A stretch of DNA of 64,000 bases, taken from Amoebidium appalachense. Lineage: Eukaryota > Protista > Ichthyosporea. Where the stretch lies: assembly GCA_963693365.1 (NCBI GenBank), contig CAVNZM010000003.1, positions 9,375,019 to 9,439,018 of the forward strand. Direction: 5' to 3'. Made by a program: the position numbers and the translations under genes. This document shows, one piece after another, positions 1-11,399 of this stretch (position 1 is the first letter of the stretch; each line of letters opens with the position of its first letter). Under the pieces are notes generated by a model. It was not told where the DNA came from. It was given only the letters and a program-made list of their open reading frames with translations, and did not search any database.

Positions 1-1126
1 CACGTGATCGAAGCAGTACTGGGCCCAACTTGGGTGTTAACGGGTGTTATTTCAGTTAGAAAAACATTTTCATGAAACACGCTCATGCCCCCATCAGGCG
101 GGTTATACATGGAAATGCTGCATTCTCTGCATGATATGAAAATGTATAAGTGCAATTCATGATGATGTGTACCGTGCCCCAATGGTTCTGATCCCCCAGG
201 CCCCCCTCCTCCCCCTCCCCGCCACCCCCCCCCCCCCCCCCCCCCCCCTTTACCCCCCCCTCTACCCCCTTCCCCCCTCCTCCCCCTCTCTCTCCTCACT
301 CCCCAACTCTCCAGCTCTCAATACTCCGTCTTTTCCATAGGCGATTGCGAAGTACGCTCGCTACGCAACTGCAAAACGACTTGGTTGCTTGGTCTGAGAA
401 GGCTTATCGTAGGCCCATCTCTTTGATAGCCGGTGAGCGGAAGTTCGGGAGAGCCTAAAAACATTTTAAATGCAAATTTACCGTAGGATTTAAAAACGGC
501 AGCGACAAAATCGCTGACATTTTGGGTCCAGTTTTGAAATACCTCAGTTTTTGCTCCAGACCTCATCGGAATTTTTTTTTTCGATCCGCTGGCATTCTCA
601 TCAAACCGTTTTGTTTTGTTTTTCTATTAGCTAGTGACTTTCTGATCTCCTTGAGAACATCGCTTTTTATTAGAACGTTTACATATAAAACGAGTAAGTT
701 TTTTGGGCTTTCATGGTAGCCTGTTGCTTCTTGTGCCTTTAAACTTGACGGTCAAGTTTTTTCCGTAAATGCACTGACGGGAAAAGGAGAAAACAGCATT
801 CTTCGTGGCTGTTGTGTTGTGCTGCAAGATTCACCGTGGTTTTCAAGGAATTGAAGCTGTTATTATAATTCATTATTCTTTTCATTGCCAGCTCGATGTA
901 GGTCTGCGCCGGTTGCAAAATAGGGCATCGTAGATACCTTCGGAGATGATGCGCTATGCCTGCAGTTCTGGGATCTCCGAGACTGATTTCTTTCTCGTCA
1001 GAACTGTCTTCTACATTTTCTTTTCTTTAAAACACTTGCACTTCCCATTATGCCTTTTTGCACGTATATATGATATACGTTTCAGCTCGTGTTCTTACAT
1101 CTGATCTTCTCTCCGTGCGCAGGAAA

Positions 1127-2180
1127 ATGACGGACCGCGAGGACAACATCTACCGCGCCAAGCTCGCTGAGCAGGCAGAGCGCTATGATGAGATGGTGGA
1201 GGTGATGAAGAAGGTTGCTGCGCTGAAGGTGGAGCTCACCGTCGAGGAGAGGAACCTGCTTTCTGTCGCCTACAAGGTGGGTCTTCTTGTTATTTAGCTG
1301 TTTTTTGCTTGTTCGCGTCACTCACGTGTGTGATGACATGTTGGTTATTCCTGTACTCTCTCTTCCTTCCTTCCTCCCCCCCTGCTTCTCCTCCTCCTCC
1401 CCATATGTATATCCCGGCAGAGGCATACATGAGCCTTTTACAAATACGTTTGTGTGCAAACTTTGCATTCGTGAGTCTGTCTATTGATCCCCATCCTTAC
1501 GACACACTGTTAGAGATCTGATATCCCTTCTGCTTACTTGTCAGCCGGGTTTCTTTGTTCCAATTCACAGATTCGTTACACACAACCAAGCTATCCTCCT
1601 ATTAGCAAGGAAGTTGCCCGCAAAGGGTTTCGGCATCTTTGTGGGCATCGGTCTGTGTTTATCACTCTTCGGGAAAAACTATTTTTGCCTGTGGTTTCCG
1701 GTTCTTCTTGGAACCCACTAATCATGAGCTAGCGTGTGAGGGTGCGTCGATTGGGTATCATGCACTGTCTTCCTTGTTATTTTCAACTACCTCTTAACCA
1801 TCACCCATTGATGAATATGGAACCAATGCACAGACATGTTGGACTAATCCTCCTTGTCCAGAACGTCATTGGTGCAAGGAGAGCGTCATGGCGCATCATT
1901 TCGAGCATTGAATCCAAGGAGGAGCAAAAGCCTGCTGGTGAGAAGTCAAGGAAGCTCGAGATCATCACCGAGTACCGCACCAAGGTGGGTGCTTGTTCCT
2001 GGATTTTGAATGTTGATGTTTTCTGTATTGACATGTGCTTTTATTGGGAACCAACGTGGGAGTCGTGGTTTGAAGGACAGGAGTTGTGGTTTGAAGGACA
2101 AGCCACGCGCACTAAGTACAGCCAGAGTGAGTGGGTAAAAAGCAGCTAACAGTGAGGGTGTAGTGGGTTTGGTGTGTTTG

Positions 2181-2215
<35 letters not shown>

Positions 2216-2696
2216 GTGTATTTGAGGGTTGTGGGGGGAGGGTTGCTTGGAGTTATATGTTGTGTTCGGTGTTGGGTGGGTGAGAGTATTGTGTTGCACA
2301 CTCGTGTATATGCCTGTGTGTCTGGTAGTGGAACGGGGATGGCGTTTTTGTGTGTGTGTGTGTGTGTATTTGTTTGGCGGCGGCAGCAGCAGCAGCTAGG
2401 GAGGAGGGGTGGGTGCAGGCTTAGTTTATTTGATTTCGAGTTTCTCATTTTTTGTGACGTTTTGTAGTTTGTCCTTAGTTGTTTTTCCAACCCTCTAACA
2501 CATACATCACCCTCCCCCCCCCCCCCCCCCCCCCCCCCCTTCCCCCCCTCCCTCCACCAACACATACACACACACACAGATCGAGGATGAGCTCCGGAAT
2601 GTGTGCAAGGACGTACTGGAGGTTCTGGACGTCAACCTGATCCCCGCTGCTAGCACTGGCGAGTCCAAGGTGTGTGTGTGTGTGTATTTGTGTGTG

Positions 2697-2763
<67 letters not shown>

Positions 2764-3704
2764 CTTGTGTGCGTGCACAAGTGCGTAAATACGAATGTAG
2801 AACATGCGTCTCGGAATATTTGAGAGTCCAAGGGAGTGTGTTGACCACTGGTAGCGGGGATCTCAACCCCCCCCCCCCCCCCCCTTCTTCTACAGACACA
2901 TGCGCACACACGCATACACACACCACATCACACACACACTCACACACACAGTGTCCTGCCTTGTCATTGCCTCACGTCCATTCTCGTATGGATTGCATAC
3001 ATCCCCCGCCTCCCTCCCCACGGCCCCTCCTTTTCCCCCCGTAGACACACACACACACACACACCATGCGCAAAGAATACTTATTCACACAACAGCTCAG
3101 GAGTGTTCTTGCTCGTCATTGGTGCACTTGGTTTAAATGACGAGCAATTGGTTCATTTGGTTTTTTTTCCTGACGTGCTATTGGTTCATTTGTTTTATTT
3201 CTGACGTGCTGTTGGTTCATTTGTTTTTTTCCCTGATTTTCCATTGGCTGCAGGTGTTCTACTACAAGATGAAGGGTGACTACCACCGCTACCTTGCCGA
3301 GTTCGAGAAGGACACAAGGAAGAAGGAGGCTGCTGATGCCTCCCTGGCCGCATACCAGGCTGCATCGGGTGTGTGTGTGGGTGTGTGTGTGAATGTGTGT
3401 GTGTGGGTGTGTGTGTGTGGGTGGGTAGGTGGGTGAGTTGGGCTCTGTGCCCGTGGTGAGGGCATGTGTAATTTTGTGGTTGCTTGGTGCACAACCCCCA
3501 CCCTCTTCCCCTGCCCCACTTCCCCATTGCACACACACACACACACACACACACTGTGACACACACATTCCCGTCCACTCCCCCAACACGTACACACATA
3601 CTGCACCGTCGAAGCTTCCCACCCACACACCCCGTCCGTCCTGGTCTATCTCGCTGCTTGTTTGTACTTTGTACCCTCTAACACATTCTAAACCACCCTC
3701 CCCC

Positions 3705-3744
<40 letters not shown>

Positions 3745-4929
3745 CCCCGAATTCTGCGGCCTTCGGGACTTAATTCTTTTCAGCTGGTGTAGTATGTTAG
3801 CCGGGGAAGTATCGACTTAGGTATCGACGGGGGAGCTTCCTAGAAGCCCCGTCTCCTGAGTTCCTATCTATATTTTTCTTGCTTCTGCTCACTGCTGCAA
3901 CTTTAACCCCCGGCCTTTCCCACTGCCCTTGCCTGCATAAGCAACCCTGCTCGTCTCTGATCAAGACGGGTAACCTACCCATGTTCAAGTGAAACAGTAT
4001 CTGAGTTGGGTTTCGTTAACGAGGTGAATAGGTCGAAACTCGGGTACTGTGGATGACGTGGGCCCCCCCTGAGGATGGGCTCTGCTTATTATGCATACTC
4101 TTTATGTATGGCTTGCATTCTGCATCGTGTTATCCGTTTGTTCTTGTGGACTTCGTACTTTTTGACGCATTCAAACCCCCCCCCCCCCCCCCCCCGATAA
4201 AGTTCCGCCCTAGTAGGCGTGTTACTACCCTGCGGCGTGGGTCAAATCTCATATTTTCCCCTCTGATTGCGAATTCTGCGGCCTCCGGGACTTAATTCTT
4301 TTCAGCTGGTGTAGTATGTTAGCCAGGGAAGTATCGACTTAGGTATCGACGGGGGAGCTTCCTAGAAGCCCCGTCTCCTGAGTTCCTATCTATATTTTTC
4401 TTGCTTCTGCTTACTGCTGCAACTTTAACCCCCGGCCTTTCCCACTGCCCTTGCCTGCATAAGCAACCCTGCTCGTCTCTGATCAAGACGGGTGACCTAC
4501 TCATGTTCAAGTGAAACAGTATCTGAGTTGGGTTTCGTTAACGAGGGGAATAGGTCGAAACTCGGGTACTGTGGATGACGTGGGCCCCCCCTGAGAATGG
4601 GCTCTGCTTATTATGCATTCTCTTTATGTATGGCTTGCATTCTGCATCGTTTTATCCGTTTGTTCTTGTGTACTTCGTACTTTTTGACGCATTCAAACCC
4701 CCCCCCCCCCCCCCCCCCCCCCCCTTCCCCCCACCGCCCCCCGATACACCCCCTCACACGCCCACACACACACACTTCTTCAACCCACAGACATTGCTCT
4801 TACGGAGCTCCCACCTACGCACCCCATCCGTCTTGGTCTAGCACTCAACCTCAGTGTACTTTCACACTAACACATTCTACACCCCCCCCCCCCCCCCCCC
4901 CCTCCCCCTCCCCTCCTCTACATCTCCCC

Positions 4930-4965
<36 letters not shown>

Positions 4966-5327
4966 CACACACACACACGCCCTTTTTTTTTCAACCCAAC
5001 CCACAGACATTGCTCTTACGGAGCTCCCGCCCACACACCCGATCCGTCTCGGTCTAGCGCTCAACTTTAGTGTGTTCTACTACGAGATTATGGCCAGCCC
5101 GGACAAGGCCTGCCACCTTGCCAAGCAGGCGTTTGATGACGCAATTGCTGAGCTGGACTCCCTGTCTGAGGAGAGTTACAAGGATAGTACGCTGATCATG
5201 CAGTTGCTGAGGGATAACTTGACACTGTGGACCTCGGACCTGCAGCAGGGTATGTGGGGGGAGGGGTAGGGTGTGCTTGTTTTCGTTTTTTTTTTTTGGT
5301 GGGTTTGTTTTTGGGAGGGATGGGGGG

Positions 5328-5425
<98 letters not shown>

Positions 5426-5851
5426 GAAGCAGGGATGGTGTGTGTGTCTGAGGGGAGGGGGGGGGGGGGAGGGGGAGGGGAGGGGGACAGCATGACACTG
5501 TGGACACCCGACCTGCAACGGGGTATGTGGGGGAGAATGTGTGTGTGGGGTGGTGTGTGTATGGTGGGGAGAGGAGGGGGTGCACGGGAGGGGGAGGGGG
5601 GGGGGGGGAGTGTGTGGGTGTGTTTGGGAGGGGGGAGGGGGAGGGGGGGGAGAGACACAGAGTGTGTCTTGGTTGTTGTGTGGGAGGGACTGGGGTGGGT
5701 GGGTGTGGGGGGGGGGGGGGGGGGGGGGGGGTTTGGGTGTGTTGCAAGTAAGTGGGTTGCACAAATCTGTGGGTGGGGATGCTTGGTATTGTGGGTAGTG
5801 GTGGTGGTTTTTTTTTGTTTTTGTTTTTTTTTTGTGGTGGTGGTGGTGTTG

Positions 5852-5924
<73 letters not shown>

Positions 5925-6114
5925 ACACACACACATGCGCGCGCGCACACACACACACACACACAGTGTTCATGTTTCTGGGAATCTGGGGGAAAGGGCA
6001 AATATCGATCATCATGGTAACGGATGGTATGATTTGGTGTTTAGTGAAAAAGGTACTGACCTTTTTTTTTTTTTTTTTTTTTTTTTGCCAGGTGAGGAGA
6101 AGGACAAGGAGTAA
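1127..6114 (+). CDS. 14-3-3 protein (6 coding exons, ~247 aa)
   Basis: Exons 1127-1276, 1862-1984, 2580-2669, 3254-3368, 5007-5249 and 6092-6114 join in frame through GT-AG introns. The product has the 14-3-3 signatures [72 protein letters not shown] and [21 protein letters not shown]. The isoform cannot be assigned. Confidence 0.97.
3145..3250. repeat. Short ~32-bp imperfect tandem repeat (TTGGTTCATTTG core) before the 14-3-3 exon 4 acceptor
   Basis: (A/G)TTGGTTCATTTG..T-run..CTGA recurs three times directly upstream of the AG at 3252-3253. Confidence 0.6.
3749..4175 (+). mobile_element. Poly(C)-embedded structured retroposon-like repeat, copy A
   Basis: Near-identical to 4271-4697 and 36447-36794. 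It starts straight after a C-run and ends GACGCATTCAAA followed by a C-run. Confidence 0.75.
4196..4697 (+). mobile_element. Poly(C)-embedded structured retroposon-like repeat, copy B (longest 5' extent)
   Basis: Tandem with copy A and separated from it only by a C-run. It carries ~75 extra 5' bases and the same 3' end GCATTCAAA-C(n). Confidence 0.75.
4791..4870 (+). pseudogene. Duplicated 5' part of 14-3-3 exon 5 with its own AG acceptor (pseudo-exon or alternative exon)
   Basis: ccacag|ACATTGCTCTTACGGAGCTC... reads [26 protein letters not shown], matching the first 23 codons of the exon at 5007. Confidence 0.7.
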
Positions 6115-6486
6115 CCTCACCGAATACTCCAGCCAACAGAGCGACAATCTATTTAGTGGGGGGTGTTTGTGTGTGAAAACTTGTTGTCTCAATAGATAGT
6201 GATTTTTTGCCAGATTTATACGTGGTTATAATGTTGTCAGTAATCTCCGTTTTAAACACTACTCGATATGATATCGTTTGAGGTTGCTGGTGTTCTCTGA
6301 GGTATGTTTTTTGTGGGAGATCCGGAAGTCAATAAAGTCTCTACGACATTTTTTGTGTTTGCTGTTGCTCTGATTTAAAAGCCAAGAGTATATCAGCACA
6401 GTGTGAACCGTTTCACACACACACACACACACACATACATACACGCACGCACGCACACACGCACACACATCCGTGTGCACGTACCT

Positions 6487-6518
<32 letters not shown>

Positions 6519-6519
6519 A

Positions 6520-6942
6520 CTTCCATGCAACCGGGCATGGTTGCTCTGTGTCGTGCATCTGTAAGCACATGCGCAATTTTCGCTGCACTGCATTAGTTTG
6601 CACACACGTCTTCACCGCTTTGCTCACCTTGCTTGCATAAGCAACCCTGCTGAGCCTCGTCTTTGATCAAGACGGGTTGACCCTCCCAAGTTCAGTTGAT
6701 GTTGCTGTCTGAGTTGCAATTGGAGAGCCTCGGATATACGCGGGCTACGGGGTCAAAACTCAGACGCAATTGATGACTTGGGGCCTCCCCTGAGATGGGC
6801 TCTGTTTATGACACATACTGTGTGTGCATGGCATTGCATATAACACTGTGAAGGCTGATGTAAGCTACTCTATGTTTGCCTTTGCATGTGTCCTGCACAG
6901 TGTCTCTCATCGCGTAGTTGCACATGGTACTGTGTCCCGCAT
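6520..6942 (+). mobile_element. Poly(C)-embedded structured repeat, divergent subfamily copy C
   Basis: Shares GCATAAGCAACCCTG, CTCGTCT.TGATCAAGACGGG, TCTGAGTT...AACTC, GATGAC.TGGG and GATGGGCTCTG with copies A/B. Flanked by C-runs on both sides. Confidence 0.7.
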
Positions 6943-7509
6943 CCCCCCCCCCCCCCCCCCCCCCTCCGCCCGGGCACTGTGACACTTCTCTTATAGTCTC
7001 TCGAGGCCCCTGGGCCTTTTCTTGATCAATTCTTTTGCTTTCTAAAATGGCCTCCCTCCCGAAGCGCTTGATCATGGTCTCCCTCGCTGAGCCCCCTGAA
7101 GTCCTCCGAGTTCCCCTCAGAGCCTGCCCCTGCCCCTCTCCCTCACATTTCCCACTGTCTCTTTCTCCAGATCTCCCTCGCTCTCCTTCTTTTTCTCTTC
7201 CCCTTCTCTTCCTTCCTCCGTCTCTCTCTCCTTCCTCTCTCTCTCCCTCCCTTTTCCTTCCCCCCTCTCTCCCTTCCTCTTTCTTCCTCCGAATCCGAGT
7301 CGGGCCCGGCCCTCTTGCCCCCCGGAATGCCGCAAAATAGATCATTTATAACTTATACTTGCTTTTCATTGCTTTATTGGCTCGACTCACACTACACAAT
7401 ACCGGATCGAATCGTCCCAAAATACACAAACCCGACTCGGCCCACTGGACCGAATCCACTAGAAGCTACTGCTACCGAGGGAGCACACACCCCCAGACAC
7501 ACACACACA

Positions 7510-7544
<35 letters not shown>

Positions 7545-7622
7545 ATGCCCGTGTGCAGATATCTATGTTGTGTGCGTCCGCGCGCGCAGGCGTGTGTGTG
7601 GTGTGCATGTGCGCACACACAC

Positions 7623-7829
<207 letters not shown>

Positions 7830-8198
7830 GAATTAAGCTTGAAAGCTGTGACGGGGAAAGAAAATATGTGTAGGCGGGAGGGTGGGCGATGAGCGAGGAG
7901 GCGACGGGGAATATGCTTAGCCTAATAGACGACCGATCTAAGGTCGGCTTATATACCCATAAGCCTCCTCTACCAGGCCGCTGATTGGCCACATAACCAT
8001 TGTGGCCCAATCAGACGGCCGAAGAATAAGTTAATAAATGGAATTGTCCAATGAAATTCAGACATTTATTACTTATACTTGCTACCTACGTCCACTATAC
8101 GAATTTTTGCTCTGCAACGACAACTAAAACCCACTAGATTAGTGTCGATCAAAATTCACCACACTTTGCATAATATACAGTACATTTTCGAGCACAGT

Positions 8199-9252
8199 TT
8201 ACGACAGTCGCACAGGGTTCAACTCGCGCAGGTCGCTGAAGTACTCGTGGTCATCGGGGGTAGGGCAGTGGCCCAACCCGTAGTTGTCCTCAGGGGTTTG
8301 GCCGGTGAGGTCCCACACCCCCAGGTGCTTGATGACTGCAAAGGGGATGCCGATTGCACGAGCAGCGCCGACCATGCCGTGACGGAGGCAGTGCCAGGTG
8401 ACGCCGGTAGCCAGGGCGGGGAGCACGCCGAGGGCCTGCACCGCGCTGCACAGCCAGCTGACGGCCTTGGTAGCGTTGGGGAACGGCAGGAGGGGGCTGG
8501 TGGGCTGCCGGACGTGCGCGCAGGCGCGGAGTAACAGCTGTGCGCACATGGGGGGGAACCATGCGGTGGCGCACAGGGGGCCGAATCTGCTTGCCAGCTG
8601 CCTGCTTAATGGTTCGAAAGGTCAGGTGGAGGCGTCGGGCTCCAGTGGGGGTAGGGTCCCCCCAGGTCAGGTCCCCCACCTGTACTGCAGCAGCGGTGCT
8701 CCACCGTAGGCCAAACAGGTAGCTCAACAGCACCCCCACTAGCCAGCGGTCACCGTCGGGGTCCTGCCGGCTCAGCTGTGCGATGAGCAGACCGGTGACC
8801 TAGGGTGCGTCAAACCGTTTTGGGTCGGGCGGGGTGGCGGTGGTGGTCTGGCGGGCCCTGCCGTAGGACTTCTTGATGGTTGCAAGGATGGCCTGGTCCA
8901 AATAGGGAATCATGTGCCACAGCAGGTGTACCTGGCGCAGGGCGGCAAACTTGCAGTCTAACGTGCTGGGGTGGTACGGGCGCGCTAGCAGGTGAGCCGC
9001 ATAAGCCAAAGCTACGTGTTCGGTAAGGGGCCAGGCTGCAAACTTGTGGGTGGCGCAAAAGGTGAGGTACTGGGTTACGTCGGCTTGATATGCGCGCCAC
9101 GTGTTTGCACTGAGGAGCTGCTCCACCAGCTGCTGGCCAGTGGGGCGCAGGTTGCCAGGCAGTGACGAAATTACCGCCGCACGCCACTCGCTAAACACCC
9201 CCACGGTGGCAGGGGGGTCTGGTGGCCGGGGAGCTTGCTGGGGCGGCTGCAC
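8199..9252 (-). pseudogene. Tyrosine recombinase (phage-integrase family), one in-frame TAG and one frameshift
   Basis: ORF 8800-9252 gives the N-terminal domain (LSANTWRAY..YLTFC). It continues in frame past the TAG at 8800-8802 into LFGLRWS..TIKQ, then shifts frame near 8550-8580 into TWHCLRHG..HLGVW..DNYG. The catalytic R-K-HxxR-W-Y set is present. Confidence 0.85.
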
Positions 9253-9449
9253 GGGGGAATGGGCCTTTGAGGCTCAGGCTGTGGTCCCAAGGGGAGGGGG
9301 GCTGGGCCCCCTTCCCAGGGAGGGTCGCTGATGGGAACGCCCGCGGGAGCTGGTGGTGGTTGAGGCGCGGGGGGAAGCACGTCCGACCCACCACTTGCGG
9401 GGGGAGCCGGCTCGGCGGGAGCTGGCACCGGGGCGGGGCCGGTAGACGC

Positions 9450-10283
9450 CGGCCCCGGGTACAAGTTGAATACCCAACTAGCACACATTGGGGTGGACAC
9501 CCACCCTTGACGCCCCCTTGTAAGGCCCTGCCTACGCGACAGGGGCCGGAAACCGCAAACTTAGTTGCGGCCGGCGCCAGACCCACTGCTGGCGCCGGTG
9601 TTGGACTTCACCACGGTCTTGTTGTCATTTTGGTTGCCCGCACGGGCGTTGCGCGTAGCGAGGTTGACTTCTGCCTCTTTCTTCCTTGCGTCGCCCATTG
9701 CGCGGCCCCAGCGTTTAGAAAGAACAGGGTAATACTCCCGCTCCATGTGGGCGCGGGCCAGCTCGGCAAAGGCAGCACTCTGGGGCGGAGATACTGGTAG
9801 TGCACACGGTCGGAGAGGAACACCGCGACATCGGCGATTGCACCCTTGAGCTCTGCAATGCGTCGTTGGTAGAACTGCTCCGCGGGTTCAGGCACTGGGG
9901 CGCCGTTTTCGCCGGGGAACTGCCGACGCTGGAACGCGCAGTTGTTGTGCGGCATCGCATCGATGAGGCTGCAGAGTGCCCCGATGGTAACCCCGTTCTC
10001 CTCGAGCACGTGCTTGTTCGCCTCGGAAGGGATCCAGGGCAGTAGGTCGGCTGGGATGCGCCGGGGACCGTTGGGCATAGGGTACTCCGTCACCCATGGT
10101 AAGGTGGGTGCCAGAGTGGGGTGCCGCTCGGCAAAGGCATGTCTAGGGAACTTGAGCAACGGGCAGTCCGGCATCCCCCAAGTCTGCCGAAGGCGCTGCG
10201 GGCGTGACTCGCGGGTGTCCGAATCCCCAGTGACGGGGGTGGCTGCGCGCTTCGGTGGAATATTGCTCGAAAATTACGTTCAT
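9450..10283 (-). pseudogene. Frameshifted gag-like ORF of the RT-less YR element
   Basis: Overlapping minus ORFs 9608-10174 and 9561-9746 lie between the 5' direct repeat and the YR frame, followed by a Pro-rich linker. The gag identity is inferred from position only. Confidence 0.45.
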
Positions 10284-10928
10284 GGTGAAGTTCTAAAAGG
10301 GTGACATACCCTAAACAAAGCGTGAACGAGCCTCACCAACCGTTGACGTTACCTCCGATGAGAGAGGAGGCGACGGGGAATATGCTAATAGACGACCGAT
10401 CTAAGGTCGGCTTTTATACCCATAAGCCTCCTCTACCAGGCCGCTGATTGGCCACATAACCATTGTGGCCCAATCAGACGGCCGAAGAATAAGTTAATAA
10501 ATGGAATTGTCCAATCAATTCAGACATCAGCCCTCCAGAGTAAGGGTATGTACATCTACTATCCGGAAATTCTCGGGAAATTTAGGTACCTTGCAGGAAA
10601 GGAAAGTTGCCGGAAAGATAGGTGAAATTTTGGGAAAGGAGCGAGAAATTTTAGCATATCGTGGAACATGATGATCTTGTTTGATCCGAGCGATCTATTT
10701 CGGGAATTTCGAAAAAAGTAGGCCGGAAAGATCCAAATTTCTCGTGGTCTAGGCCGTATGCATGTGGTATATAGATTATGGTTTACGGGCTTTTGCCCTC
10801 TTCCTTTGGAAGGCACATGATTAATCTGCAAGACTCGTAAACAAACCAAAAAAGGTGGGAGTTTTAACCATGTCCAATGACATTGTTTTCCTGAGAGAGG
10901 GGCGATGGGATTGTTTGTAATCCAATCA

Positions 10929-11025
<97 letters not shown>

Positions 11026-11061
11026 TGTGTGTGTACGCGTGTGTGTGTGTGTGTAAGCTAT

Positions 11062-11109
<48 letters not shown>

Positions 11110-11399
11110 GTGCGTGTGTGCGTGTGTGCGTGTGTGCGTGTGTGCGTGTGTGCGGGTGACACGTGTGCGTGTGTGCGCGTGTGCATCAGCAATCTCCCCC
11201 CCCCTCGTAACCCCACCGAAGACCTCGTCGATGGGTTGGCACTGGTTTAGGACTGTCTAATGGATGGGTTTACGCTATATGAAGGAAAAACCTCCAAACC
11301 CGTCGACGACGTCGTAGACCGTCGGCGGAGTGGTTTACGACCCCTTTAGGGATGACCGACAGTATTGGGACAGCCCAATGTATAACCCTAACCACACCT

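Noticed and set aside
3985-4060. SECIS element (GTGAA...GGAT quartet)
   Set aside because: No unpaired AA 11-13 nt above the core, the copies are intronic or intergenic repeats, and no UGA-containing selenoprotein ORF lies upstream. Better described as a generic k-turn.
4030-4085. Hammerhead ribozyme (CGAAAC and CTGAGGA present)
   Set aside because: Stem II cannot form between the two core motifs, and CTGANGA is not conserved in other copies (CTGAGAA, CTGAGAT).
8800-8802. Stop-codon readthrough or recoding in the YR gene
   Set aside because: The same element has other frameshifts, so decay is more likely, and host genes here use standard stops.
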